This document shows, piece by piece, positions 13,070 through 27,722 of a stretch of 64,000 nt of DNA. Under the pieces are notes generated by a model. That model made no database searches and was not told the origin of the DNA. It worked only from the letters and a program-made list of their open reading frames with translations. The stretch's first letter is position 1. Every line of letters starts with the position of its first letter. This DNA comes from Kondoa subrosea. Its lineage: Eukaryota. Location of the stretch: the NCBI GenBank assembly GCA_039545335.1, contig BCIN01000001.1, positions 1,733,129 to 1,797,128 on the forward strand, written 5' to 3'. The position numbers were made by a program, and so were the translations under genes.

Positions 13070-13960
13070 ATGGGATTCTTCGGAGGTCAGTCCAACGCAT
13101 CATGCTGCGAGTTTGGTTCAACATATCTTACTCTCCCCGCATGGGCCTGCACAGATGACAGCGACCAAATGCAAGCATACAATCAAATGCAAGATGGTTC
13201 AGTCGACAACAATCAAGCTAGCTTGACTCATGGTGTGTCATGCCCTGCTTACCGCTCAGAAGAAAGCTCATACCTACCTACCAATCTACAGAACTTATGG
13301 CTGGCGCTACTGCTGCTTATGCTGATAGTATGTATCGCGCTTACTTCGACAGCTCCGTCTGACATTGGAACAGAGAAATACAATGAACACGTAAGTTGGC
13401 TCTGATCTTATCTCATTCTGTCTAATCTGCTTGCTACCTAAGTGCGAAGCCAACGGTCAACCAGAGTCTCATGACAAGGCTAAAGAGCTCTTAGCTGGCT
13501 TCGGAGGTAGTGTTTTGGTCTTTGTTCAATCCTACGATGGGCTGACCATGTCTCCCATTCGCAGGTGCTTTGTATGTTATGCATCGCTCCTCACATGGTG
13601 TGAAACCTGATCTTCGCCCAATAGCATCGATAGAGAAGCTGAGACTCGTGGTGAGTCAATTCTTAGTATGCAAGCAATCCGCTTATCCAAGATCTTGATC
13701 ACATAGGTGCCGACTTCAGTAGGCACTCTAGCCGCTTCTCTTAGGTTCTTACTGACTTCGCGGCATCTCTATTCTAGTTGATCGGTCCGTTCCGTTACGC
13801 TTTTGTTCTGATCTCTCTTGATGTAGCTCGATGTAGCGAGGAAGCCAAACGTCAAGCTGCTCAACAAACCGAGTCCGTTCTCTCTTATCCATCCTTCCTA
13901 TTCTGGGCTCATTGTTGCGTTGCTGATAGTCAAATCGCGAACCAGCAATTCGGTTACTAG
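13070..13960 (+). CDS. CipC-like (DUF3759) small protein, copy 1; 11 exons
   Basis: Spliced MGFFGDDSDQMQAYNQ...THELMAGATAAYADKKYNEHCEANGQPESHDKAKELLAGFGGAFIDREAETRGADFIDREEAKRQAAQQTDQIANQQFGY*. Confidence 0.85.
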
Positions 13961-14223
13961 GTTTACGGGCTTGTACTGAACTTACATCGCAAATTATGCA
14001 TGGTTTCTCTTTATCAATAGTCCCAGACATATTCTCGCTGTCTTGAACTCTGTCTTGCCTTCATTAGTCCTGCATTGCCTCGACTGCGGCCCAGTCGAGT
14101 CGCGCTATTAATAGCTCAACTCAAATTGGAGCTTTTAAGTAATTACGTAAGGGCCGTCGTGTTCCGGAACCTACTTGTACGCTCCTTCTTTTCCTATTCC
14201 ACGACCTCGTTTTCTCAATCACA

Positions 14224-15002
14224 ATGGGTTTCTTCTCTCGTGGCTTTTACCTTGAATTTGTAGAATTGGCACTGATGCATTGCTTCAGACGATTCCGATG
14301 AAGCTCGCGCTTACGAGCAAGTCCAAAACTATAACGGCTCTGAGGAACACAAGGCCAAGTTCTCTCACGGTTCGTTTGATCCCTTCCTCTGCTACAACGC
14401 GTCTCATTATGTCATTTGAGCAGAATTGATTGCTGGAGCTGTACGTGCTTCCACTGCCCAACGTGTTCACCTCAGCGACTGATCCTCTTACTTCCCATCA
14501 GGCCGCTTATGAAGCTGAAAAGGCCTACCAACGTCACGTAAGCTTGCATCTTCACTTCGTGACGAGATAGGAGATTTGCTCATTCGGATGGCTGTACAGT
14601 GCGAACAGAATGGTCAACCAGAGAACCACGCTGAAGCAAAGGTAAGCTGCTTCAATTGTACCATCTTCTGCGTCCGCTCATCGCGCTCCTTTTTCAGGAT
14701 CTGCTCGGTATGCCCACTTCAGATTGCTGCGGAGCCATAGACTGATTGCTTTCTGATCGTAGCTGGCTTCGCTGCTGCCTTTGTTGTAAGTGCTCTCACT
14801 TCATTGCGAGAAGACGCTTTTGCTCACCTTAATCTATTTTAGGATCGCGAGTTCGAAGGTAAAGGTCTAAACTTCCTTGACCGTGAAGAAGCCAAGATGA
14901 AGGCCAAGCACCAAGCCAAGAGAGTAAGTTCTTCTTTGCGCAATTCCTGCTGCCCTTGACTCAATGGCATTACAGGTTGCCGACAACCAATTCGGCTACT
15001 AA
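14224..15002 (+). CDS. CipC-like (DUF3759) small protein, copy 2; 9 exons
   Basis: Spliced MGFFSHDSDEARAYEQVQ...KAKFSHELIAGAAAYEAEKAYQRHCEQNGQPENHAEAKDLLAGFAAAFVDREFEGKGLNFLDREEAKMKAKHQAKRVADNQFGY*. Confidence 0.88.
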
Positions 15003-15196
15003 GCGCGAAATAGCGAGTCGAAAGCATGGAATTCGGAAAAGCAAAGGACATTGCTATTAGGACGCATCTAGTATGCTAATCATTGGAATAAACTGAAACC
15101 CCTTTGTGCTATTTCACGGGATCCCGCTTTTGACGCGTTCGAGAGACCAGAGCAGTGCATCTTTTCCTTCTCGTCTAGCACAGCATGGTCTATCAG

Positions 15197-17143
15197 ATGG
15201 CTGCAATAACGCTTGCTCGTCCACTCTTTCAACGAAGAATGCTGTCTACTCAAGCAGCAAATATCTTGAAACAACTTGACCTCAACCCAGGTGAACTGCA
15301 TGCTGGGATCTACGATGGTGCATGGCGTGAAGGGTCTGGTGCAGTGCTTGAGAGCAAAGAAGCAGCTACTGGTCAAGTCCTAGCTACGATCGCTTCAGCC
15401 AACAAACAAGAAACATTGGAAGTGCTCAAGCAATGTAGGAAAGCTCAACAAGAATGGAGAAATGTCCCTGCTCCGAAAAGAGGAGAGATAATCAGACAGA
15501 TTAGGGTCAGTCTAAACTGTCTATCGTGTTGTGCTCAAGCTGACAATGTCTCATAAGAATCGACTTGCTTCGAAATTGGATGCTTTGGGAGCTCTTGTAT
15601 CGCTCGAAATGGGTAAAAGTAAGTGCTGTGTACTTATCTTGCGCTATGCTGATCGAATGTCAGTTCTTCCCGAGGGAGTTGGAGAAGTTCAAGAAGCGCT
15701 GGACATCTATGACTATGCTATTGGAGTGAGCAGGCAGATTGCAGGCACTACAATCCAATCGTACGTCTGGTATTGCTCAATCAAGCTCTACTCTGAGATC
15801 CTGCTAAAGCGAAAGACCCGGGCATATGTTGATGGAAGTGCCGAATCCGCTAGGTGTAGTAGGCGTTATCAGTGCTTTCAACTTTCCTGTTGCTGTTCAT
15901 TCTGTGAGCGATCTTTGGTGTCCTGACTGATTGTGCCTCCTAATTGGGGTCTAGTGGAATTTCGCTCTATCCTTCATATCTGGTAACTCAACAGTTTGGA
16001 AACCTGCTCCCTCTACTTCTCTGTTAGGCATTGCTTCTACTAAGATCATCGCTTCGGTGCTAGAAGAGAACAACTTGGACGGCGCAATTGCTGCACTCGT
16101 TTGTGGTGAAACGGAAGTCGGTCAAGCATTAGCTGATAGTTCAGAAGTCGATTTGCTGTCTTTTACTGGTAGTGAAAGAGTAGGCAAAGTAGTGGGAACG
16201 ACTGTTGCGAATCGATTCGGCAAGATTCTGCTTGAACTGGGGGGAAACAACTGTGCGATTGTTATGCCGTATTTCCTTTCTCTCCCATCAAAAAAACAGA
16301 AGCTCATTTGTTGTTTTGTTGTTGGTAGGGACGCTGATATTGCTCTAGCGAGTCGTACGGTCTTTTTCGGCGCTGTGGGGACAGCTGGACAAAGATGTAC
16401 CTCGACTCGTCGACTTCTCTTGCACAGATCTATCGCCGATCAATTCTTGCAAGAGCTCAAGAAAGCCTATTCTCAAGTTCAGATTGGGAATCCACTATCT
16501 TCGGGAATCCTATGCGGCCCTCTACATTCAGCTGCTGCCAAAGAAGGTTTCCTTTCCACCTTGAAAGCAGCTCAAGCAGAAGGAGGCAAGATTTTGTGTG
16601 GTGGTGATGTCTTTACTCCTGAAAGTCAAGACTTGCAAAGCGGGAATTGGGTCTTGCCAACTATCATCCAGCATACAAGTTCACAAGCGAAAGTCATGCA
16701 AGAAGAATGCTTTGCTCCTATTCTGCACGTAGCTACGTTCGATACGTTAGAGGAAGCGATCCAAATCAATAACAGCGTTAGACAAGGCTTAAGCTCGACC
16801 CTTTTCACTAAAGATATGGCGAATGTTGTGTGTTGATACCTTAATGCCAGTATCGTTGCTTACTATCTCTCTCTTAGTTCACTTGGATTGGCCCCACTGG
16901 CAGCGACTGCGGCATTGTCAATGTGAATCAATCTACCTCAGGTGCTGAAATTGGCGCGCCTTTCGGTGGGAACAAAGCGACAGGGTGGGGTCGCGAGAGT
17001 GGTGGGGATGCTTGGTAAGTCCTTTTATTCGTTACAATCTCCATGCTGAGATTTCCATCAGGAAACAATACAATCGCTGGAGCTCCTGCACAATCAATTA
17101 CACTGACAAATTGCCTTTGGCGCAAGGAATCAAGTTTTCGTGA
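15197..17143 (+). CDS. Aldehyde dehydrogenase family 7 (antiquitin / aminoadipate-semialdehyde dehydrogenase), mitochondrial presequence
   Basis: [66 protein letters not shown], ending [10 protein letters not shown]. Confidence 0.93.
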
Positions 17144-17183
17144 TTCCCATATATTGTACTACTTATGCATGTAACAGTATTTA

Positions 17184-18451
17184 TCATTGGAGCGATTCCC
17201 TTGCACGCTCATACCATTCCTGCCTGAACTTTTGCTGATCCGTCACTGCAATCTTTAAGCTCTCCTCTAAGCCCTGTAGTATCGCTTCGTCTGTCCCTGA
17301 TACAGGCGAAGATACCTGGGATTTATTGCTCTTCTTTGACGCACTAGGATGCGAAGCTGGGTCTTCTGACCATTGTTTGGCTTCCTCTGCTGCTTCGGTA
17401 TTCCCGCCGTTCTTGTACGTGCTCTCCGCCAGATGCGCATATTTCCTGCATCGCTCCCAATCGCCCTCCATCGCACATATTTGTACAGCATCATTCAATG
17501 ATCTCGCGCAATCTGGTCCAAACAATCCTTCTTCTTCCAGTAATCTGATTCGCAGGTTTAAAGCTTGCAGTCTCTTCTTGAAGTCCTTTTCCTTTGTAAT
17601 CCACTCATCTAACTCTCTTGCTGCTTGTCTTCTGACATCACTTTCTTCACTAGCTGTACTGCAAGTTTGACATCGACATTCGAATCCATAAGAATCTAGT
17701 AATTGTTTCTGTCTCCTTGCTCGCGGTTGCACTCGTTCGCAGTACGATAAAGTGAGTTCTTCACCAACTTTAACAGGTCGAATAGCAAAGAAAGCGCCTG
17801 TTGATTCTTCGAGTTCAGGTTGATAGGTACAATTGGGTGTACAATCGTGGTTGTAACGAGGCATAGTAGGGAATAAAGCAGCATGAGAGTTACCCCATAT
17901 GTAGGCACTTGGAGTCAAACGAGTAAGTATGAATGATCTCGAAGATCGATATAAACTTACTTGGATTGGAAGATTCGTTCTGCTTCTGTCTCACCAGGAC
18001 CGTTGGAAGTGAGTGCAAAGAAAGCTGCGTGAGCTGAAGGCGAGAGAAGAGGGATGGCTTCGAGAATTTGAGACCGAGGTGCAATAACCAAAGGTGATTC
18101 CCGTATAACGCAAGCTCCAGGGTCAAGAGCTTTTGAAGCGAACGCTCCTAGTCCTTTGCCTGCATTGTGGTTTAGGATAGAGAAAAGGAAAGGAAGTTCC
18201 ATGACACGCCTTCACTCGGTTTGATCATATAGGCAAGATTGTTTAATCTTTTCAGCCTCTGAATAGCAGAGAAACATATATGTGAGACGAAGAAAACTTG
18301 TACAAGCAGAAGAACACACATCCAGAGAGATAGAGAAATTATAGACAGGTGACTTTAAGCGTTCATGCATCTTCTTTACGCCTAAATCAGGCTGCTCTGC
18401 ACGGATTTGACTCAGAGCTTCCTGCACTTCTTCATCTGCAGGGACATGCAT
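17184..18451 (-). CDS. SET-domain lysine methyltransferase (Set5/SMYD-like) with a C-terminal TPR-like region
   Basis: GKGLGAFA, RYNHDCTPN, GEELTLSY, post-SET YGFECRCQTC, helical C-terminus. Confidence 0.88.
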
Positions 18452-18525
18452 TCAGGCGCTTCGCTATCGTTTGCGAACAAAGTGCTCTTGCTCCTAATCA
18501 GCCGAGTAATGTGATACCCGTAGCC

Positions 18526-21524
18526 ATGGACAGGCGCGATACCATTCGACGCAAGTCTAGTACACCAGTCGTCGCGACCACGAGCGCAAGCAGCGCTGCA
18601 TCTGGCTCCTTTACCAGTAGCTCAACATCAAGCTCAACAGAGACCTCGTCATCCGCAAAGCTCAGGAAGCATCTGTCTAGAGCAGAATCAAGTACTGGAC
18701 AGTATGACTTACCAAGAATCTCGTCTGCCAGTTCCCTAGCCTCTTTGCGAAGTAATGCGACCGAGTCGAATGTCACTTCTGACCCCGATATATCGCTTAA
18801 GCCGGCTCTGGCTGGTGTGCGAAAGCGGCCTCGAGGTGTAGCGCGCAACGATGCAAGAAGATCTACATGGTTTGGCTTTCAAACACCGATAGCTCAGGAT
18901 GACATTCAAGAGACAGTAGAACAGAATCTTGCTATTGAGGAAGAATCACCTGCAATCGCTCAAGTAGAAGCGGACGATCCTCAGACAATAGCTGTCCCTG
19001 CAGAACCTCATCCGGAAAGCGAAAGTCCGCATACTGTGACAATCAACCCTCCGCCATCATGGCTCTCTTATCTCACTCTGTCTCGCGGAAATAGCCGTCC
19101 TATGGAAGAAGATCCGCACACCACCTCTGTAGATTCTGTCGAGCCTCTTAACTCGCCTCCAGCTGTCGAAGACCCAGAACTCGCACTACAGGCCCAAGAA
19201 CAAGCTTCGCTAGATACTGTAATCGCGCCTCATATGGAGACAACGCTTAGTAACGCTAGTAGTCGGTCCTGGAATTGGCCTTTAGCTGGATACTGGCAAT
19301 CTCCTTCAACCCAAGAGGAAGTCAAAGACGACACGGATAAGGCAGAACAACCTGTCCTTGCAAATGAAGCTAGCTCGCCGAAAGAATCAGGGTCAGCTGC
19401 GTCACTGCAAGATATTCAACCTAGTCTGTCGGATGTGAAATTTGATCGAGTGACAGCAGCGCAGATAGACTCACCTAGTTCTTCTTCTTGGTTCAATACT
19501 CTGTACAAAGTGGCAGGCGGCAGTCAAGCAGCAAAGTCATCAATGGTTGCATATGGGCTCGGTCTGAATGAAACTCCGCCGCCAGTTGTCATCCAGAAGG
19601 AAGAACAAGCATCTACCTTGCCTACCTCTGAGCAATCACTTACTACACAGCCTCAATCTGGACATTCAAGGCAGACTGCAAGTCGATCTGGCTGGCTCTC
19701 TTTCTTCTCTGCCGACAATGTTCCCTCACAGGCCGTTATCAACGCTTCTCAACTGTCTGTCTCGCCGACAAAGGCGCACAATTCGTCAGATAGGTCTCCA
19801 ACTTCAGCGCCGAGCAGTCGAGCTTCATCTATCGCTTCTTCATCTAAAGTAGCACCTATGTCGCAACCAAGTCAAACAAATCAAGCTAAGATTGAACAAC
19901 CCAAAGTCAACGTTGTCGAACCTTTGACTTCATCAATGACCGCCAAAAGAGCAGTTGCGGTATCAAAGAAACAGACTAAAGCAACACCAGCTCCAAATCT
20001 TGTTTTACCTTCCTTCGACGATACATTCTGTCGTCCACCTCGATCTGTTCCTCCTGCCGTACGACCAGCCAAATCCATTCGATCAAGAGTTGGATCATAC
20101 ATTTGGGGCGCTTCGTCGGAGGAAGGAAAAAGTCGAGAAGACGACAGCGGATGGTTGCCCAAGAGTTTGCAGACTTTGGGTCAGAAGAGTCATGCAGATC
20201 AGGCAAAGCGAGTGATGATCATCAGTGTTCATGGATGGTTCCCTGGTTTGTGCTCTCCCTGTCGTGCTCTCGATTGAGGCTGATTATGTCTTGTGAATAG
20301 CTGCCATTACTCAAACCCTCTTTGGCCAGCCTACAGGTACAAGTGCGAAGTTCGGCAACATGCAGGCAGATGCTATTCGTAACTACTTTATTCAGCACAA
20401 CTACTCGATCAAAGATACTTCTCTCACTATTTGTCCACTGGAAGGAGAAGGCAAGATCGCTCATCGGGTTCGCAAGTTATTCAACGACTTTTGTGGCAAT
20501 CCACAATGGGTCAAAGCCATACGAGAGGCAGATGCGATCTTTGTTACGACCCATTCTCAAGGCACAATCGTTTCCACCCACTTGACAAATAGACTCATGG
20601 AGGAATTCTCTCTACCTGGTTCTAAATTCATGTTAACTTGCATGGCTGGCATTTCATCTGGTCCTTTTCACCATTTGAATAGCAACATGTTGCTTCAACC
20701 ATATTTCAGCTACGTGGAAAATTCCGCAGCCAAAGAATTGTTCGAGTTTCAAGATCCAAAATCAGACCCGTCGAAAGAGCATGCAGCGCAATTGAAGATT
20801 GTGTTAGAGGCCGGTGTCAAGTGTTTGTTCGTTGGTGGATTAGAGTGAGCTTGACATCGCTGAAGCTCAAGGTTTCTGCTTATTGAGTAATTCAGCGATC
20901 AATTGGTCCCTCTCTACTCAAGCACATTGTCCTCTATTGTACACCCTGGGCTACTGCGCGGCGTCTTCATCGATGGTAGAACTTTCCAAGCTGTAGACTT
21001 TCTCAGCAATCTTATCATCCTCGCAATGCGAATACGTAATTCTGGCCTACACGATCACTCTCTCATCGCTCAAATCAGTGAATGCTTGGCTGGTGCCCTA
21101 TCAGGCGTAGGGCACTCCGCCATTTATGAAGAACCGGCTATTTATACTCTGGCCGTCCGCTATTTCTTTGAAGTCGAGCCTATTACCCCTGGTCTACCAT
21201 TAAATTTGGACCGAACGCAGAGGAGATCTACCAACGCTTCTTACTTGACCTGGGCTTTCAAAGGTAGGAAGGCTTGAATTCTTTTTTGACTAGCGGAACT
21301 GATGTTTCACTCAATGTACAGGCTTGGTCGATGATCGACAAGTTCAGAAACTTTTCAAGTCGGAATTAGATGAATTGAGGTTCGAGTTTGAGAGATGGAG
21401 ACCGACGACTAAAGCTCTCAAGGATCTCAAGACTCGACTTCAACCATTTGAATTGTATCCTCTTCCAGAACAGCCTCAAGTTGAACATTCTACCGATGCA
21501 TTCGCTACTCAATCGAAGTTGTAA
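18526..21524 (+). CDS. YML020W-like alpha/beta-hydrolase-fold protein with long disordered N-terminus; C-terminal SKL
   Basis: S/P-rich N-terminus, then IISVHGWFP, THSQG (nucleophile elbow), DQLVPLYS, GHSAIY; ends FATQSKL*. Confidence 0.8.
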
Positions 21525-21655
21525 CCTATTGCACGAATCCTTTGTAAATATGAATATAGAGCCTGTACTTGTAATCCCATTTTCACGTGACAAACCATCT
21601 TCGCTAGGATCTGCATTTCAGTTGTATTAGTCAGCAAATTTCCTCTCGAGCTACC

Positions 21656-22629
21656 ATGTCTCCCCAGATCACATTGCACCATCTAAACAACTCTAAATCG
21701 ATTCGAATCATCTGGCTACTAGAGGAACTCAAGCTCAAGTACGAAATCAAGCCTTACCATAGACAGGAGGGTGCGTCTCTAGCACTGCATATCTAGGTTG
21801 GGCTCATTGCGTACTCAGACAAGACTGCACCACCAGAGCTCAAGGCTGCTCATCCTCTTGGTAAAGCACCAGTTGTTGTGATCGAAGAAGAAGGTCAACT
21901 TGCTGTTACCCTCGCTGAAAGTGGTGCTATAGCACAATATCTCGTTACCGTGTGAGTTGATATCTAGTAGAGTCACGATGCTGGCTGAAGCTATGGCAGG
22001 TATGGCAAAAATTCAGCTCTTGGACCGCAAGGCTCATCAGAGCTGGCTCAGTATTTGTATTGGCTTCACTATGCGGAAGGGTCTCTATCCCTTCCCCTCT
22101 TTCTCGCGCTTGTCTTTACACTGTTTCCGCAAAGAAGTCCCGACGCGATCCGTCCAGTAGTCAATGGCTGTGAGCTCGAAGAACAGTGTTTTGACTATTC
22201 AACGTTGATCCTTATGCCTCACAGTTTGCAGTCAAATTATGACAAGTTTCGTTGAGCCTCGTTTGAGAAGTCACTATGAATTCCTCGAAGAAACATTGGC
22301 CAAATCCCCGAAGAAGTTTCTTATGGGCGAGAGATTGACTGCATGCGATATTGTTATGTAAGTTCAGCTACAAATGTCGGATTGATATAGACCCTGATCA
22401 ATTTGCAGGTCTTATGAAATCTATTCTCTCACTGAGCGCGGTACTGGAGATCGAACAAAGTGAGTTTTGCGGCCGTTTCAGAAGGAAGAAGACAACTTAT
22501 GACGATGCGTCACACAATAGATATCCCAATCTATACGCATACTCAGAGAAGCTGAGATCCTTGCCTGGTCAGCAGAAGGCCGAAGAGATCGGCGGAAGCT
22601 ATGACTTCAGTTACTTTATCAAAGCATAG
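21656..22629 (+). CDS. Glutathione S-transferase (Gtt1-like)
   Basis: MSPQITLHHLNNSKSIRIIWLLEELKLKYEI, HPLGKAPV, LAESGAI, YWLHYAEGSL, GERLTACD. Confidence 0.92.
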
Positions 22630-22856
22630 CCCGAGGCACGTTTGGCACATTCCGATTTACCGCTAAAAGGGAGCGGTGAAGTAAGAGATAGTAGTAGTCG
22701 ATGGCTGAAATATACTCTGAAAGGGGCGGATCCCATCGTTATCTTTGTAATCTCCTGTCTATGTACACTTGCAACGAAACGTCAAAACGAAATATACTAC
22801 CCTGGCGCAAATTGTCCCTATATAACACTAGAACTAAAAAATTGCAAAGCTGTCGA

Positions 22857-25800
22857 CTATAACTCCTCAGTATCGTCGTGCGCGGAAGGTGCATCACGAC
22901 GAGGTCGAGTAGTAGCAGAGAGCTTGTAGAGCGTCAACGCATTGGCATCACCGCCTTAAAGGATCAAATTAGCAATGGGACATAAGAGCAATCAGATTGA
23001 ACGCACAGAATTGCTTGTTGGAACCAATGCATGTCTTGCCACATGCGTTCTCGGGCAGAACTTGTCCGGTCGTCAAGGCGGAAGCGGTTGAGATCCAACA
23101 CTATAATAGAAGAGCATCAGTATCGACTTCTCAAGTTCTCGAGGCAGCGGAACATACCTCTCGTCCCCATTCTAAACCGACGAAAGTTGCTCCAGCTTTG
23201 GCTCCGGCAGCCAAACATCCTTCGACAGTCATTTCAGGTATATCGATGCGGTTCTGAAGCGTTCGAGTGTTGACACTATCTGCGTAGCAAGAAGAGTAAA
23301 CGTATCCAGATCCAGATTGAACGATTTGAGGACCGCCAGTCTTGCTTTGGTACACCAGTAGAGTGTTTCCAGCTCCGCCTGCACAAAAACGTTAGTTGTC
23401 GGTCAGTCAAGGAGATCATATGATCACCGACAGTATTGGCTTTTGTTACCAGTGCAGGTCATCGCTGTGCATTTAGCGACCGCAAGAGGCTGAGCAGCGG
23501 AATTGATGAAATTGCCGCCCCACTATTCGAAGAGTCAGACATTGTACAGGATATAACAGACTCTCTTACACATTCGCCTCCGTACTCTAGCCCGCAGAAT
23601 TTGTAGTTCTTGGTTACACAAGCAGCGAGACAATTCTCCACAGTCGCATTCTGAAGACTGAAACGTTCAGTGAGTGTTCTGGTGGAGCCATCAGACAAGC
23701 ACGATGAATAGGTGTAGTCGGCTGTTGATTGAACGATAGAAGGTCCGACAGAGGTAGCGGCCGGTGCGACGGAGGAAGAGACTTTTGTGGAAGAGACAAC
23801 GGTAGATGAGCTGGTCGAGCGGACAATTGATGAGCTCGACGAGCTGGATGAACTGGATGTCTGTACTATGGAGGACGAGGACGCAGTCGATCTGACAGAT
23901 GATGCGGTGGCGACAGCTGAAGAGGATGTAGATGAGCTTGAAGATTGTGTAATACTTGAACTGGCGACGACGATTGGAATGGATGATGCGGAGCTAGAAG
24001 AGGCGACAATGGATGACGAAGTTGAAGCTGAAGGTTGAGCTACCGCTGCGTCCAATTGATAAAGCGACAGGGCATTGGGTCCACCACCTGAGAAGGTATA
24101 AGGTGAAATCTATTGACCAATCGTGATACTCACAGTATTGCACGTCATTTCCAACACAGGTCATCGAACAACCGCCATAGTTGATTTCAGACGAGGCTGC
24201 GGTAGTAGTGTTGCTGTACCAGCATTCTTGTCCATACTAGCATCGCTAAAATCAGCCAACAGGCACGAACGCTGGAACTAGTCAGCTCACCTCCATACCG
24301 CAATATTTGGCATTGACTGATTTGCATTGAGCCAAGCACTTCTGGACAGTCATTTGAGGGATGTTGAAGCTTTGAGACAAAGTTCTAGGTCCTTTGTCAC
24401 TCCAACAGGCTTTGTAAGTGTAACCAGAACCAGAAGGTACGACTTGAGCTACATTGCCAACACTTGGTGTGCCAGGAGGCGGAATAGTTGTGTTGTAAGC
24501 TACAGTTGTATTGAAAAGAGATGGCATTGTGCTGGAATCGCAAGACGTAGCAACTCGTCCATACCCGGTTACAGGATTACAGCCTGGCAGACTGGGTAGG
24601 ATGGTGTTGGAGACAACTTCGTTAACTGTTGGAGTTTTGCGGCAAGTACCGTATTGCAAATTGAAGACTTTGCATTCTTCAATGACACCTGATTCAGCTG
24701 TGCAAGTATCAATGGCTGATTGCAGAATTTGCTTGTTCCATCCATCAGCGACTGATAAATCGAGACAGTGAGCGATTGATACACGGAAAAAGCTTCCGGA
24801 CGGGACGTACAGTCGCCGTGGAAGCCATAACCTAAACACAAATCAGTCTACTTCTATCTAAGCACAGAAAGAGCTTACCAGTAGCATCACCATTGGCGAA
24901 GACAAGTGGTTGAGTCTTGTTCATAGCTTGATCGATAAATTTCCAAGCTTGATCAACTTGATAAGTGACTTCATAAAACAAAGTGATGAATCGAACAGGG
25001 TGTGTAGAAGGACAGGAACCGGTGGTGACGCCAGATGGGAAAGCCATATGCGATTTATGATCAGGTGAATCCAAGTCTTTACCATTCCAGCATGAAGGGA
25101 AAGCGACTTGAGCTCGAAGACCAGCTTCGCAATTGGTTGCTGGTATATTAGGACCATAAGTGTTTTGTTGACCAGCGTTGTAGCCTTTCGTATTTGTCAG
25201 CCAATATCTTTACTGACGAAAATAACTTACGAAGACAAACGAAGTCGATAGCTTGTTGCTCCAGAGTAGGTGTATAAGTTCTAAGCATGGGAGAACCAGA
25301 GACCATTCTGAAACCATCAGGGAAGCTGTTTAAAGCTTGACATTAGCTAGATCTCCGTATTACGAATTAAAACGAAACCTACGCTACAATCTTTTCGTTG
25401 GCAGATCCAGTTCGTTGCTATATCGGAGAGATCAGCTCAAGGACCTTCTCACACTCTACCGAAGCTTACTAAATAGTACACCTACCTCGGTATATCAGCT
25501 TTCTGCATCAGCTACTGTAAGGGAGGTCTTACCAAGATATCCCCTCCGGGCACGTTCAGAAACGATCCATTCTGGAATTGCATATACAAATCCGGTACCC
25601 AATAATTGGATAAATCTTGAGTGACTGTGATTCAATACATCAGTATTTTCGTCCCAAGTGAGACACGACTTGTAGAAAACTGACTTTGACAAGAAGTACA
25701 TTGTGAAGCTTGTAATTGAGCAAAAGAAGTAGTAGGCCCGAAACCTGATCCACCGACTCTACATTACGTATACAATGATCAGACAAACGGTCAATCAGAA

Positions 25801-26027
25801 CGAAAATAGTGAATACTCACACATTATGAACATGAGTGGAAATTCCACCTGGATTGACTATCGGATCTAATCGTTCTTTAGTAAGTACCTGTGCACACAA
25901 GTCAGTTCCAATTTCGAATAGCGAATTGAAATGGATGGGATGAAATCACCTGGCATGGTAATCGCCAAAACGCGTTTGTTGATTGCGCCAATAGACCAAC
26001 CACCAATACGAGAGTAGGTAGTATCAT
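22857..26027 (-). CDS. Secreted DUF1996 protein with three WSC domains and an S/T-rich linker
   Basis: Signal MILPTLVLVVGLLAQSTNA then FWRLPC; ERLDPIVNPG, FPDGFRM, FPSCWNGKDLDSPDHKSH, CPSTHPV; three Y..C..D...RTL/TV..C/G.EYG.EC-type WSC repeats. Confidence 0.9.
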
Positions 26028-26541
26028 TTCTCCTTTGCGCTTAAATCCAAGATAGTACAGATAATCAGGGAAGGGAAGAAAGAGCGGAAGTTTATCAATA
26101 AAGAGAGTGAGTAAAAACCGAATTCCACGACCCGCGCTGAATACGGTAAGTCACTTGTAAAAAGAATTACGCTAAAGAATGTGTGTGGTGCAGAGGAGAA
26201 AAGGGCAATCACGCTCAATCCGGGTAACGAGAACAACAAGGTAAACAAATCGTTCTAACCGCATAAGGTTAGAAATTGCGACGCGATTTCTTCGTGCCGA
26301 CCCGCCTTTTCCTAGCGTTTCTTCAACTGAATTTAGAGCGTGATTGTAATGAAAGAAAAGAAAGAGACGGCCATAGATGAGTATTATTAAAGTGTGAAAG
26401 AGAAATTCCGGGAAAGAAATGCGTGCTAATGTACAAGGGAAGCAATGCTGGATGTGCATAAACTAGTGCAGCATTCATCAATACACAGACGGAGAAGCTG
26501 GGATGGTGACTTACCAGGAAACAGAAAAGATCGCGAATCCC

Positions 26542-27657
<1,116 letters not shown>

Positions 27658-27722
27658 ACTGTGTCCAAGCTTTCAATGATGATGAAGATGATAGTTTCGG
27701 GACAAGCTGTCTTTTAACCAAA

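Noticed and set aside
23787..24038. Acidic plus-strand ORF (MEETTVDELVE...)
   Set aside because: Antisense shadow of the Ser/Thr-rich linker of the DUF1996-WSC gene.
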